Source of the DNA: an uncultured Pelagibacteraceae bacterium
GTDB taxonomy: Bacteria > Pseudomonadota > Alphaproteobacteria > Pelagibacterales > Pelagibacteraceae
Assembly: GCA_902633515.1 (NCBI GenBank)
Contig: CACPGB010000001.1
Location: 3,669 to 67,668, forward strand
Direction of reading: 5' to 3'
Length of the DNA stretch: 64,000 nucleotides
The notes beneath the pieces are model-generated. The model was not told where the DNA came from. It saw only the letters and a list, made by a program, of their open reading frames with translations, and did not search any database. Below are positions 19,507 through 29,924 of this stretch, one piece after another. The translations under genes were made by a program, and so were the position numbers. Within the stretch, counting starts at the first letter, position 1, and every line of letters begins with the position of its first letter.

Positions 19507-20307
19507 TTAGTAATAATTTTTTAAATTTTCCATTAATCTTACAAAATTAGCGTTACGATTTATTTTATCCTTATCTTCTTGTTTTATTAAAATTGGAGCA
19601 ACATCATTTTTAATCTGAATATTAGTTGAAGCTAGAGCTTTACCATCTCCTGTTAATTTTATTTTATTAAGTTTGTCACTAAAATTATCATTAAAATTAA
19701 TTTTTAAAATTTTACACATACGTTTGAGATTTTCATATGGATTACTACAAAAATCTTCATATTTAAAAATTTTACTTTTTAAAGCATCTAAAAAAAAATT
19801 TTCGTATCCTTTTACAAAAAAATCAAAATTATAATTTTTAATAAAAAAAGGAAGAGAATTAAAACAACTTATGTAAAGTTCTAGAGGGTGCCGTAATATA
19901 TATAGATTTAATATTTTGAATTTTTTATTTAGAATTTCTAAAACAGAATTTTTGTATGTTGGTTTTATAAATGGAATTCCAAAATAATCTAAAAAAGACC
20001 AGTCTCGAATTATCAATTTTTTGTTTTTTTTTTCAGTTTTTTCTATAATTAAACTAATTTTTTCCTCGAAATTATAATTTGTATTTTTAATCTTTTCATA
20101 TTCTTCTTTTTTAAATAAATCATTCCATTCTTGAGCTTGAAATATTGGATCAGCGAAATCACAATTTCTATTCATATTTTTTAAAACTTCTATTCCATTT
20201 GGATGAATTTCACTTAGCAGTACAACGTCTTCTTGAGCACCTAAACATTTTGAAATTATTGTGCCACCACTTCTTTGAAGATTGTGAATTAATCTTATTT
20301 CTATCAT
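19507..20307 (-). CDS. PAPS-dependent sulfotransferase-family protein
   Basis: 5'-PSB loop QRSGGT, 3'-PB motif LRHP....S, KYEDF. Confidence 0.8.
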   Translation of the reverse strand: MIEIRLIHNLQRSGGTIISKCLGAQEDVVLLSEIHPNGIEVLKNMNRNCDFADPIFQAQEWNDLFKKEEYEKIKNTNYNFEEKISLIIEKTEKKNKKLIIRDWSFLDYFGIPFIKPTYKNSVLEILNKKFKILNLYILRHPLELYISCFNSLPFFIKNYNFDFFVKGYENFFLDALKSKIFKYEDFCSNPYENLKRMCKILKINFNDNFSDKLNKIKLTGDGKALASTNIQIKNDVAPILIKQEDKDKINRNANFVRLMENLKNYY

Positions 20308-20319
20308 TTATGTAATTTT

Positions 20320-20344
20320 TTAATTATTCCAAAAATTCTTAGCT
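20320..20344 (-). repeat. Diverged copy of the dnaJ 3' end
   Basis: 20/25 nt identical to 20535-20559; reads AKNFWNN* against dnaJ AKGFWNN*. Confidence 0.65.
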
Positions 20345-20364
20345 TATTAATTTATAATTTATAT

Positions 20365-20532
20365 TTAAAAGATAAAATAAGAAATCGTCATAATGGATAT
20401 AACAATTAGTGACCAAATAGACAAATTCTTAAAGAATCTTTTGGATTTTGAGTTTGATCTTAAAAATTCAGGTAATACCAAAATTAAAACTGCTATCAAA
20501 AAAATTCCTGGAACTATCTCCTCCAATCCCAT
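20365..20532 (-). CDS. Small two-TM membrane protein, 55 aa (not in ORF track)
   Basis: MGLEEIVPGIFLIAVLILVLPEFLRSNSKSKRFFKNLSIWSLIVISIMTISYFIF*; ATG lies 2 nt after the dnaJ stop. Confidence 0.75.
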   Translation of the reverse strand: MGLEEIVPGIFLIAVLILVLPEFLRSNSKSKRFFKNLSIWSLIVISIMTISYFIF

Positions 20533-20534
20533 TT

Positions 20535-21671
20535 TTAATTGTTCCAGAAACCTTTAGCTTTTTGAAAGAATTTTTTTATACTTGGGTTAGATTTTTCATT
20601 CTCTATTTTTCTAAATCGTTCTAACAAATCTTTTTGCTCTTTATTTAAAAATACTGGGACTTCTGTTTTAACTTGTACATACAAGTCACCAAAATCACCT
20701 CTTCGCATGAATGGCATACCTTTACCTTTTAATCTAAATTGTTTACCATCTTGGGTTCCATCTGGTATTTTGATTTTTGCTTTTTTTCCATCAATTGTGG
20801 GTATTTCTATTGTTGTACCAAGAGCAGCATCAGCAATAGAAATTGGAAACTCAAAAAATAAATTTACATCAGATCTTTTAAATAACTCATGCGATTTAAC
20901 ATTAATAAATAAATATAAGTCTCCACTGGTACCTCCTCTGGTTCCAGCTTCACCTTTGCCGGCAAGTCTTATTCTTGTACCATCATCTACACCTTTGGGT
21001 ATTGTTACAGATACTTTTTTGTTTGTTTGTTTATTTCCTTGTCCGTTACAATCTCCACATGGATTGGTAATCTCTTCACCACTTCCCGCACACTGAGGAC
21101 AAGTTTGTTGAACTGTAAAGAAACCTTGATTTGATCTAACTCTTCCATTTCCTCCACAATAGGTACATCTATCTGGACTTGAGCCTGGTTTAGAGCCATT
21201 TCCTTTACAAGTATTACATTTTTCAGACGTAGAGAATTGAATGTTCTGTTTTTTTCCAGTGTACGCCTCCTCTAGTGTAATTGATAAATCATATCTTAGA
21301 TCTGAACCTCTATTATTTGAGTTTCTTCTTGAACTTCTTCTGCCCCCACCACCAAAGTCTCCGAAAAAATCCTCGAAAATATCAGAGAAATCTGCACCAC
21401 TAAAACCACCAAAACCACCAAAACCTCCTCTACCACCACCACCATTTTCAAATGCAGCATGTCCAAAGTTATCGTAGTTTTCTTTTTTTGATTTATCAGA
21501 GAGCACACCATAAGCCTCACTGGCCTCTTTAAATTTATCTTCTGCAGATTTATCCCCAGGATTTTTGTCAGGGTGATATTTAATAGCTAATTTTCTGTAG
21601 GCTGATTTTAGTTCATCGGGGCTTGCACTTTTACTAACTCCTAAGACATCATAATAATCTCTTTTAGCCAT
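20535..21671 (-). CDS. dnaJ: Chaperone DnaJ
   Basis: J domain with HPD, G/F-rich region, four CxxCxGxG repeats. Confidence 0.99.
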   Translation of the reverse strand: MAKRDYYDVLGVSKSASPDELKSAYRKLAIKYHPDKNPGDKSAEDKFKEASEAYGVLSDKSKKENYDNFGHAAFENGGGGRGGFGGFGGFSGADFSDIFEDFFGDFGGGGRRSSRRNSNNRGSDLRYDLSITLEEAYTGKKQNIQFSTSEKCNTCKGNGSKPGSSPDRCTYCGGNGRVRSNQGFFTVQQTCPQCAGSGEEITNPCGDCNGQGNKQTNKKVSVTIPKGVDDGTRIRLAGKGEAGTRGGTSGDLYLFINVKSHELFKRSDVNLFFEFPISIADAALGTTIEIPTIDGKKAKIKIPDGTQDGKQFRLKGKGMPFMRRGDFGDLYVQVKTEVPVFLNKEQKDLLERFRKIENEKSNPSIKKFFQKAKGFWNN

Positions 21672-21699
21672 GTATATAACCTGGACAAATAGATGTCAG

Positions 21700-23625
21700 T
21701 TAAGCGCTTTTTTCTTTATTCTCGTCTTTTACTTCCTCAAAGTCCGCATCAACAACATTATCGTCTTTCTTTCCCTTATCATCTTTTCCATCATCTTTAC
21801 CAGAATCTGGTTTTGTGCTTTGTTGTGACTTGTAAATAGCTTCTCCTAGTTTCATCGAAGCTTGTACTAATGCCTCTGTCTTCTTCTTAATGTCCTCAAT
21901 ATCTTCACCTTTAAGAGATTCCTTTAATGCATTTGACCCATCTTCAATTGCTTTTTTCTCTGCATCTGAAACTTTTGATCCATGCTCTTTTAGATTTTTT
22001 TCAGTTGAGTGAATTAGAGTATCTGCCTGATTCCTTACATCAACAGACTCTCTTTTTTTCTTGTCTGCTTCTTTATTGGCTTCAGCATCTTTTACCATTT
22101 TTTCAATTTCCTCATCACTTAATCCACCAGAGGCTTGAATTTGAATCTTTTGCTCTTTACCTGTGCCTTTATCTTTAGCTGATACATTAACTATTCCATT
22201 AGCATCTATATCAAAAGTCACCTCAATTTGAGGAACTCCTCTTTGTGCCGGAGCAATACCAACTAGTTCAAAATTACCAAGTAATTTATTATCTGTTGCC
22301 ATCTCTCTTTCACCCTGAAGAACACGTATTGAGACGGCTGGCTGGTTATCTTCAGCAGTAGAAAATACCTGACTTTTTTTTGTAGGTATAGTTGTATTTT
22401 TTTCAATAAGTTTTGTAGATACACCGCCTAGAGTTTCAATTCCTAGGGATAATGGTGTTACATCTAACAAAAGAACATCTTTTACATCACCTTGTAAAAC
22501 ACCAGCCTGTATAGCTGCACCCATTGCAACTACTTCATCAGGATTAACACTTTTGTTTGGCTCTTTACCAAAGAAGTTTTTAACCTCAGAAATGACCTTA
22601 GGCATTCTGGTCATACCTCCAACCATTACTACTTCATCAACATCGCTAGCTGAAATTCCAGCATCTTTTAACGCAGTTTTACATGGTGGAATAGTTTTAG
22701 CGATTAAATCTTCAACTAAAGCCTCCAGTTTAGCTCTAGTCATTTTTAAATTAATGTGTTTAGGACCAGTTTTATCAGCAGTTATAAATGGTAAATTAAT
22801 ATCTGTTTGCTCTGCTGCTGAAAGTTCAATTTTTGCTTTTTCAGCTGCTTCTTTTAATCTTTGTAGTGCTAACTTATCAGTTTTTAAATCAATACCGCTA
22901 TCTTTTTTGAACTCAGAAATTAAATATTCCACAACAGCGTTGTCAAAATCTTCTCCACCTAAAAAAGTATCACCATTTGTAGATTTTACTTCAAAAACTC
23001 CATCACCTAATTCAAGAATAGACACATCAAAAGTTCCACCACCTAAATCGTAAACTGCAATTTTTTTATTTTGTTTCTTATCCAAACCATAAGCTAGTGA
23101 AGCTGCAGTTGGTTCATTGATAATTCTTAAAACTTCTAACCCAGCTATTTTTCCAGCATCCTTGGTAGCTTGTCTTTGTGCATCATTAAAATATGCAGGG
23201 ACAGTTATTACCGCTTTTGTAACAGCTTGACCTAAATATTTTTCAGCAGTCTCTTTCATTTTTTGGAGAATAAAAGCAGAAATTTGTGAAGGCGAGTATT
23301 TCTCTCCTTTCGCTTCAATCCATGCATCACCTTTTTCAGAATTTACAATCTTAAAAGGTGCAGCCTCGATATCTTTTTTAACAGTTGGGTCTTCAAAATT
23401 TCTACCAATTAATCTTTTGACTGCAAAAATTGTATTCTCTGGATTTGTTACTGCTTGTCTTTTAGCAGGTTGTCCTATTAGTTTTTCTTTGTCTTCAGTA
23501 AAAGCAACTACTGAAGGTGTAGTTCTTGCACCCTCTGCATTTTCCAAAACTTTTGCTTGGCTACCTTCCATAATAGCCACACAAGAGTTTGTTGTTCCTA
23601 AATCTATGCCAATTATTTTGCTCAT
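21700..23625 (-). CDS. dnaK: Chaperone DnaK
   Basis: [17 protein letters not shown], acidic tail DADFEEV. Confidence 0.99.
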   Translation of the reverse strand: MSKIIGIDLGTTNSCVAIMEGSQAKVLENAEGARTTPSVVAFTEDKEKLIGQPAKRQAVTNPENTIFAVKRLIGRNFEDPTVKKDIEAAPFKIVNSEKGDAWIEAKGEKYSPSQISAFILQKMKETAEKYLGQAVTKAVITVPAYFNDAQRQATKDAGKIAGLEVLRIINEPTAASLAYGLDKKQNKKIAVYDLGGGTFDVSILELGDGVFEVKSTNGDTFLGGEDFDNAVVEYLISEFKKDSGIDLKTDKLALQRLKEAAEKAKIELSAAEQTDINLPFITADKTGPKHINLKMTRAKLEALVEDLIAKTIPPCKTALKDAGISASDVDEVVMVGGMTRMPKVISEVKNFFGKEPNKSVNPDEVVAMGAAIQAGVLQGDVKDVLLLDVTPLSLGIETLGGVSTKLIEKNTTIPTKKSQVFSTAEDNQPAVSIRVLQGEREMATDNKLLGNFELVGIAPAQRGVPQIEVTFDIDANGIVNVSAKDKGTGKEQKIQIQASGGLSDEEIEKMVKDAEANKEADKKKRESVDVRNQADTLIHSTEKNLKEHGSKVSDAEKKAIEDGSNALKESLKGEDIEDIKKKTEALVQASMKLGEAIYKSQQSTKPDSGKDDGKDDKGKKDDNVVDADFEEVKDENKEKSA

Positions 23626-23645
23626 ATCAGTTATTTGTTCTCCTC

Positions 23646-23673
23646 ATATAGGGTTGAAATTGAATTCTACAAG
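23646..23673 (-). promoter_or_regulatory. RpoH (sigma32) promoter of dnaK
   Basis: Minus strand CTTG-N17-CCTATAT matches the alphaproteobacterial heat-shock consensus CTTG-N17-CYTATNT. Confidence 0.75.
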
Positions 23674-23685
23674 TTCATTTAAATA

Positions 23686-24336
23686 TTATTTATCTCCTGA
23701 ATTTTCTTTATTTTCCTCATTTTTTTCCTCTTTTTTTTCACTTTTTTTTGCTACGCCCACTAGAGCCGGTCTCAACAATCTATCTTTAATTGTGAATCCT
23801 TTTTGTATTTCTTGAACAATTGTTCCGGGTTCTTTTTGATCATCTTCTATTTCAATCATTGCTTGGTGAAAGTTTGGATCTAATTTTTTATTGAGACATT
23901 CAATAGGCTCGATTTTATTTTTTGAAAAAATTGAAATTAAATCTTTATTGATAATGTCAAAATGTTCGAGTGTTTTTTTTAATGCCTTAGTATCCTTTAA
24001 AGTTTCATCGTTTAATAAAATTTGTTTTGATCTTTCAAGATTATCTATTAAATTTAAAGCTTCTCTTGCAAAGGAAAAACCTCCATATTCAAAAGCATCT
24101 TCTTTTTCTTTTTCAAACCTTCTTCTTTGGTTTTCCATTTCAGCAAATGATCTTGCAAGCTTATCTTCTAACTATAAAATTTTCTCTTCTGGGTTTTTTT
24201 CTTGTTCTTGATCCTGTTCTTGGTCTTGTTCTTTATTATTTGTTTCTAAATTTTCAGTTTTTTGATCTTGATTTAAACTTTTTTGATCTTTCTCTGATGC
24301 CTTGCCTATATTATTTTGGTTTTGATCTTTGTCCAT
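23686..24336 (-). pseudogene. grpE: Nucleotide exchange factor GrpE with an in-frame TAG at codon 55 (possible sequence error)
   Basis: One frame from ATG 24336 reads MDKDQNQ...EEKIL*LEDKLARSFAEMENQRRR...DPNFHQA...GFTIKDRLLRPALVGV; the TAG is at 24172-24174. Confidence 0.85.
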
Positions 24337-24372
24337 ATGAACATATATGGTAAGAAAAAATTAAATTTCCAG

Positions 24373-24975
24373 ATGCTAAAAAAAAAAATTAAACAACTCC
24401 TTATAGGCACAAATAACAAAGGAAAATTAGAGGAAATTAGAGATTTATTACCACCTAATATTAAAACATTTCCTACCTCAAAGTTTAATTTAAAGAGCCC
24501 AAGAGAAACAGGAAAGACTTTTAAAGAAAATTCTCTGATTAAATCTCAATACTTTTCAAAAAAAACAAATCTAATCTGCTTAGCTGATGACTCTGGTTTA
24601 GAAATTGATATTTTAAATAAAAAACCAGGAATTTTTTCAGCACGATGGGCTGGAAAAAAATTAAATTTCAATAAGGCAATTCAAAAAGTTTATAAGGCAT
24701 TAGATAAAAAAGATAAAAATTGGAGAAATAAAAAAATTAATGCCAGGTTTGTTTGTGCTTTATCCATAAGTGATTTAGATAAAAAAATAGCTTGTGTTGT
24801 TGGAAAAGTTGAGGGTTATATTTCCAAAAAACCTAAGGGTAAAAATGGGTTTGGATACGATCCAATATTTATTCCTAAAAATAAAATAAAAACTTTTGGC
24901 GAAATGAAGCCATTTCAAAAGTATAAATTAGACCACAGATCTGATGCTTTCAAAAAGCTTAGAAAATTTCTTTAA
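24373..24975 (+). CDS. rdgB: Non-canonical purine NTP pyrophosphatase RdgB (HAM1)
   Basis: TNNKGK, ADDSGL, PGIFSAR, GFGYDPIF, HR; start placed at ATG 24373 to avoid overlap with grpE. Confidence 0.93.
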   Translation: MLKKKIKQLLIGTNNKGKLEEIRDLLPPNIKTFPTSKFNLKSPRETGKTFKENSLIKSQYFSKKTNLICLADDSGLEIDILNKKPGIFSARWAGKKLNFNKAIQKVYKALDKKDKNWRNKKINARFVCALSISDLDKKIACVVGKVEGYISKKPKGKNGFGYDPIFIPKNKIKTFGEMKPFQKYKLDHRSDAFKKLRKFL

Positions 24976-26113
24976 TCTTTCCCTCATCAATTTTGTAAAA
25001 GTTTAATCTATGATTAATTTTGTTATTTTTTACATCAAAAATTCCTATTTTACCTTTGAATGAATTTTCTTTTTTAAAAATATTGTTTATGTCTGAAAAG
25101 TCAGATTTTAAAGATAAATAATAAATCAATCCTAAAAGATCATAACTTAATAAGCTTAAATGATTTGGTTTTGAATTGTAGATATCTACAAATTTTTTAT
25201 TAAATGTCTCTAGATTTTGTTTATTGATTGATGGATAATATAAAGGCTGGATATTTTCCTCTAAAAGTAAACTTTCATCAAACCATTGATTAAGAGTTAT
25301 AAATAGTTTATTTCTTGGCGATACATCAGTGTAAATAAGTGAAGTAATTACACTTTTAAGATTTTCATCAAAATCAGAAATAATAACTGAGTCAAAATTT
25401 ACATTTCCAATTGTATATCGTTTTTCCAAATTCTTAATTTGTTCCTCCTTATCCACTAAATCTGAGTTTTCAACTCTTAAAATTTCATCAGCCAGATTTT
25501 GTTTTCTCACATCATAATTTGTTATTTTTTCGATTTGCTTTGTAAGTTTAGTTGGTTCGGTTTCATAAGTGTATCGTTTAAAAATTTTGATTTTCGATTG
25601 TTTAATTGCCTTTTTAATTTCATTTTTATAATCAAGGTCAGGTGTTAAAAAAATTGTTTTTTTTACTTCGCTTAATTCCAAAAAATCTTTAATTGCATTT
25701 AACTGGGATAAAGAATTTACTCCGCTGCTTATCACGTTTTTCGGTAGATCATTTGTTTTATTTGTTAAAGATAGAAAAATAACATCTTGTATTTCATCCA
25801 AATACATTAAGCTTTTAAAAAAAATTGGACCGATAAAAATTTTTATTCCTTCATTCTTTAATTTAGTAGCTGATTGTAGAGTTTGATTAGGATCAATACC
25901 AGTATCCATTGGATAAATTTCAATATTGTCTGTTCCAATATCACTCAAAGCCATTCGGGTTGATTTAATTATTGATTGTCCTAATTCTTTATATTCACCA
26001 GATAAAGGTGCAAGTAGCCCAATTTTAATTTTTTCATTTTGTGAAAATGCAAATGAGTGATTTGTTAAATAGATAATTATTAATGTAAAAATAATTCTAA
26101 AAATTTTTTTCAT
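24959..26113 (-). CDS. LppC/LpoA-like periplasmic binding-fold protein
   Basis: Signal peptide, IGLLAPLSG, IFIGP, YD, FKGKIG; divergent from rsmI. Confidence 0.72.
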   Translation of the reverse strand: MKKIFRIIFTLIIIYLTNHSFAFSQNEKIKIGLLAPLSGEYKELGQSIIKSTRMALSDIGTDNIEIYPMDTGIDPNQTLQSATKLKNEGIKIFIGPIFFKSLMYLDEIQDVIFLSLTNKTNDLPKNVISSGVNSLSQLNAIKDFLELSEVKKTIFLTPDLDYKNEIKKAIKQSKIKIFKRYTYETEPTKLTKQIEKITNYDVRKQNLADEILRVENSDLVDKEEQIKNLEKRYTIGNVNFDSVIISDFDENLKSVITSLIYTDVSPRNKLFITLNQWFDESLLLEENIQPLYYPSINKQNLETFNKKFVDIYNSKPNHLSLLSYDLLGLIYYLSLKSDFSDINNIFKKENSFKGKIGIFDVKNNKINHRLNFYKIDEGKIKEIF

Positions 26114-26145
26114 TTTAATGATACTATAATATTTTAATTATAAAT

Positions 26146-27009
26146 ATGATTGAAAATTTAAAATCTGCTAATAGAGTGTTCAAAAAAAGTCTATATTTAG
26201 TCTCAACTCCAATTGGAAATTTAAACGATATAAGTCTTAGAGCCATAGAAACTCTTAAAAGGTCAGATTACATTTTGTGTGAAGATACTAGAATCTCTAA
26301 AAATTTATTAGAAAAATACCAAATCAAATCAAATTTAATTGCCAATCATAAATTCAATGAGAAAAGAAATGTTGTTAAAATTATAAAGTTAATTAATCAA
26401 GGATCACTTATTTCTTTAATTTCAGATGCCGGCACCCCAGGTATTTCTGATCCAGGTTCTATATTAGTTAATGAGTGCATAAAGAATAATATCAATATTA
26501 TTCCTATACCCGGTGCTTCAGCAGTAATATCAGCAGTATCAATATCAGGATTTTCAGAGAAGTTTTTCTTTTATGGATTTTTTCCTGAAAAGGATAAAAT
26601 TTTAAAAGAGGATTTGGAAAATTTATCAAAATTAAATAATTCAATCGTTTTTTTTATTTCGCCAAAGAAAATTAATAGGAATATTCCTCTAATTAAAAAA
26701 AATTTTATAGGAAGAAAAATCCTGATTTGTAGAGAAATGACAAAGTTTTATGAGGAGTATAAGAGATCTAAAGTTGAAGATTTAGAACCATTAAAGAGTA
26801 ATTTAAAAGGTGAATTGACTATTGTTATTTCGGAAAAAATTCATGACAAAAAAGCTTCACAAACTTTAGATGAATCGGATAAAAGATTGATTAAAGCGAT
26901 GATAAATAAACTAAGCATAAAAGAAATAACAGATTTAATAATTCGTAAAAATGATATTTCAAAAAAAATTATCTATGATTATTGTTTGAAAATTAAAGAT
27001 GAAAAATAA
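26146..27009 (+). CDS. rsmI: 16S rRNA C1402 2'-O-methyltransferase RsmI
   Basis: LVSTPIGNL, CEDTR, SDAGTPGISDPG, REMTK, KGE. Confidence 0.96.
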   Translation: MIENLKSANRVFKKSLYLVSTPIGNLNDISLRAIETLKRSDYILCEDTRISKNLLEKYQIKSNLIANHKFNEKRNVVKIIKLINQGSLISLISDAGTPGISDPGSILVNECIKNNINIIPIPGASAVISAVSISGFSEKFFFYGFFPEKDKILKEDLENLSKLNNSIVFFISPKKINRNIPLIKKNFIGRKILICREMTKFYEEYKRSKVEDLEPLKSNLKGELTIVISEKIHDKKASQTLDESDKRLIKAMINKLSIKEITDLIIRKNDISKKIIYDYCLKIKDEK

Positions 27010-27592
27010 AATACTCATTTTACTTTTTTTTAGTTTTATTTTAAGTGGATGCGCAGGTGTATCATCCTCAGGAATTTTTGGAACTGGAGTAAGTGTTGCT
27101 ATCGATCCAAGATCTTTAGGAACTCAGATAGATGACTCTTTGATGCAAAAAAACTTAACTGCTAGAATTTTACTCCTGAATAAAAATTATCTTTTATCAG
27201 TAAAATCAAAAGTTTTAGATGGTAAAATTTTTTTAACTGGAAAAGTTGATGAACCAGAGGAAAAATTGAAATTAACAAAAATTGCCTGGGAGACGAATGG
27301 TGTAAGATCTGTGAGAAACGATATTAAAATAAAAGAGGCTTTTAACTTTAAACAATCTGCCAAGGATCTATTAATCACTTCGCAACTAAGGACTGCACTA
27401 ATTTTGAACAAAGAAATTAAGGCAACAAATTACCAAATAGATACTTATAAAAAGAAAATCTATATTTATGGAATTTCACAAACTAAAGATGAAAAGGATC
27501 TGGTTATTACAGAGGCAAAAGAGATTTTAGATGTCGAAGATGTGATTGCTAGTATTTTACTAGTAAATAATTTAAGAATTAAAACTAACTAA
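26999..27592 (+). CDS. Dual BON-domain lipoprotein (DolP/YraP-like)
   Basis: Lipobox LSGC, DPRSLGTQIDD, two BON repeats. Confidence 0.87.
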   Translation: MKNKILILLFFSFILSGCAGVSSSGIFGTGVSVAIDPRSLGTQIDDSLMQKNLTARILLLNKNYLLSVKSKVLDGKIFLTGKVDEPEEKLKLTKIAWETNGVRSVRNDIKIKEAFNFKQSAKDLLITSQLRTALILNKEIKATNYQIDTYKKKIYIYGISQTKDEKDLVITEAKEILDVEDVIASILLVNNLRIKTN

Positions 27593-29874
27593 TTTTTTTT
27601 ATAATCAATTACATCAGCTGAGTAAGCTGCAATAGAGGCTAAATTTAAAATATCTGAAGTTGAAGATCTCAAAGGTGCTATTTCAATAGGCAAACCCAAA
27701 CCAATTAATAAAGGTCCAATTACCTTTGCTCTACTCATTGACTTAATCATTTTATAGGAAATAGCTGCACTATGTTGGCTGGGCATAATTAAAACATTTG
27801 AGTTACCAACTATTTCTGAAAATGGATAAAGTTCTTTGTACATCTCTTCTAAAGCAACATCTGGTTGCATCTCACCATCAAATTTAAAATCAACTTTATC
27901 ATTTTTTAAAATTTCAACAGCATCACTTAGTCTTTTTGTTCTATCTGTAGCTGGCTCCCCAAAAGTAGAGTGAGATAAAAAAGCAACTTTTGGATCAAAA
28001 CCAAATAATTTTGCAACCCTCGCTGCTGATTTTGCCATTTCGGCCAATTGTTTTGCGTCTGGATACTCTATGACCGATGTATCGCATATAAAGATTGTTT
28101 TACCTCTATTTACAACCAGGTTTAACCCGAACATAATTTCCCCAGGTCTTGGATCAACAACTTTAATAATTTTTTCTAGTGAAGATGAGTATCTCCTTGT
28201 GTTCCCAGTTATCATCGCATCTGCATCCTGACACGCAACCATGCATGAAGCCCAAATAACTCTATCGTTTCTAACAAGTCTATCACAATCCCATTCTAAC
28301 ATTCCCTTTTCTCTTTGAAGTTTTTTAAATAAATATTTTACATATTTTTCTCTTTTGGCAGTATCTTTTGAGTTTACAATTTCAATATCAAAATTTTCAT
28401 TATAACCAATTTTTTTTATTTGATTTTTAATCAGCTCCTCTTTTCCAACTAAGATGGGTATTCCTAAGTCAGAGTTTTTAAAAGCTATCGCAGCTTTAAG
28501 AGTATTTTCATCTTCGCCATCAGCAAAAACAACTTTCTTCTGTTTTTTCTTTATATAACTATTTACTCCTTGTAAAATTGTAACAGTTGGATCTAATCGT
28601 TGTTTAAGTTGGTCTTTATAAATATCAAAATTATCAATTTTTTTTCTTGCAACTCCAGTATCAATTGCAGCTTTAGCAACTGCAGCAGGTATAACACTTA
28701 TTAGTCTTGGATCGAATGTTGATGGAATTATATAGTCTTTTCCATAGTGAGGTCTTTCACCTCCCATCGCAGCAATTACCTCATCAGGTACATCTTCTTT
28801 AGCAAGTTTTGCAATCGCATGTGCAGCTGCTATTTTCATTTCTTCATTAATTGTTTTTGATCGCACATCTAACGCACCTCTAAAGATATAAGGAAACCCT
28901 ATTAAATTATTTACCTGGTTAGGATAATCTGATCTTCCAGTTGCTATAATTGCATCATCTCTTACTTCCTCAACTTCCTCAGGAGTAATTTCTGGGTCAG
29001 GATTAGCACATGCAAATATAATTGGTTTTTTTGCCATTTTTTTTACCATTTTTTTAGTTAATGCTCCTTTTGCAGATAAACCTAAAAAAACATCTGCATT
29101 AGTAATAGCATTATCTAAAGTTCTTTCATTTGTTTCAATTGCATGTCTTGATTTCCATTGGTTTAAATTATCTCGACCTTTGTAAATAACCCCTTTTCTA
29201 TCCACCATTGTAATATTTTTTTGAGGTACACCAATTTTTTTAAATAAGTTTGCACAAGCCATAGCTGATGCTCCGGCACCATTTACAACTATTTTAACTT
29301 TATTAATTTTTTTTTTATTTATGTTCAAAGCATTAATCAAAGCTGCGGTTGTTATAATTGCTGTTCCATGTTGATCATCATGAAACACAGGAATATCAAG
29401 TATTTCTTTAAGTTTTTCCTCAATAATAAAACAATCAGGCGCTGCAATATCTTCAAGGTTAATACCACCAAAACTTGGTGCAAAATTTTTTATGCTATTG
29501 ACAATTTCATCTGGCTTTTTTGAGTCTATCTCTAAATCAATAGAGTCAATATCTGCAAACCTTTTAAATAAAACAGCCTTTCCTTCCATCACTGGTTTAG
29601 ATGCTAGCGCACCTAAATTTCCCATTCCCAGAATTGCTGAGCCATTACTGATTACTGCAACAAGGTTTCCTTTACTTGTATAATCATAGGCTGCTTCTGG
29701 ATTGTCACTGATCGCCCTTACAGGAGCCGCTACTCCAGGAGAATACGCCAAAGCCAAGTCTCTTTTTGTAGTCATATTTTTCGAGGAAGATATTTCAATC
29801 TTGCCCGGCTTTTTATGTTTATGAAAATCTAAAGCTTCTTTATCTGTGTAATGATCAATTTTTGTTTTTTTCAT
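27589..29874 (-). CDS. maeB: NADP-dependent malic enzyme with PTA domain
   Basis: LALAYSPGVA, KPVMEGK, FHDDQHGTA, ATGRSDYPNQVNN, DGEMQPD. Confidence 0.96.
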   Translation of the reverse strand: MKKTKIDHYTDKEALDFHKHKKPGKIEISSSKNMTTKRDLALAYSPGVAAPVRAISDNPEAAYDYTSKGNLVAVISNGSAILGMGNLGALASKPVMEGKAVLFKRFADIDSIDLEIDSKKPDEIVNSIKNFAPSFGGINLEDIAAPDCFIIEEKLKEILDIPVFHDDQHGTAIITTAALINALNINKKKINKVKIVVNGAGASAMACANLFKKIGVPQKNITMVDRKGVIYKGRDNLNQWKSRHAIETNERTLDNAITNADVFLGLSAKGALTKKMVKKMAKKPIIFACANPDPEITPEEVEEVRDDAIIATGRSDYPNQVNNLIGFPYIFRGALDVRSKTINEEMKIAAAHAIAKLAKEDVPDEVIAAMGGERPHYGKDYIIPSTFDPRLISVIPAAVAKAAIDTGVARKKIDNFDIYKDQLKQRLDPTVTILQGVNSYIKKKQKKVVFADGEDENTLKAAIAFKNSDLGIPILVGKEELIKNQIKKIGYNENFDIEIVNSKDTAKREKYVKYLFKKLQREKGMLEWDCDRLVRNDRVIWASCMVACQDADAMITGNTRRYSSSLEKIIKVVDPRPGEIMFGLNLVVNRGKTIFICDTSVIEYPDAKQLAEMAKSAARVAKLFGFDPKVAFLSHSTFGEPATDRTKRLSDAVEILKNDKVDFKFDGEMQPDVALEEMYKELYPFSEIVGNSNVLIMPSQHSAAISYKMIKSMSRAKVIGPLLIGLGLPIEIAPLRSSTSDILNLASIAAYSADVIDYKKN

Positions 29875-29924
29875 TTATGTTAATTAGGTGTACAAATGGG
29901 GTAAAATTAAGACTAATATGATTT

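Noticed and set aside
18311-20559. dnaJ-linked islet as a prophage or integrative element with att sites
   Set aside because: No integrase or transposase; the repeat is diverged and brackets only about 190 nt, not the GT4 and sulfotransferase genes
24172-24174. Amber recoding (pyrrolysine or an alternative genetic code) as the explanation of the grpE TAG
   Set aside because: TAG ends parA, yggS, trpS, metK, rbfA and rpsO at their expected C-termini, and no pyl genes are in the window
24200-24235. Short repeat encoding EQDQEQDQEQE
   Set aside because: Ordinary low-complexity sequence in the disordered GrpE N-terminus
20707-24353. Antisense ORFs over dnaJ, dnaK and grpE, and similar ones over leuS, pfkB, infB, pnp, fabB and ubiB
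   Set aside because: Shadow frames opposite well-conserved genes, with no recognisable motifs
24316-24372. N-terminal extension of RdgB in the ORF track
   Set aside because: It overlaps the real grpE start and its promoter region; family similarity begins after ATG 24373
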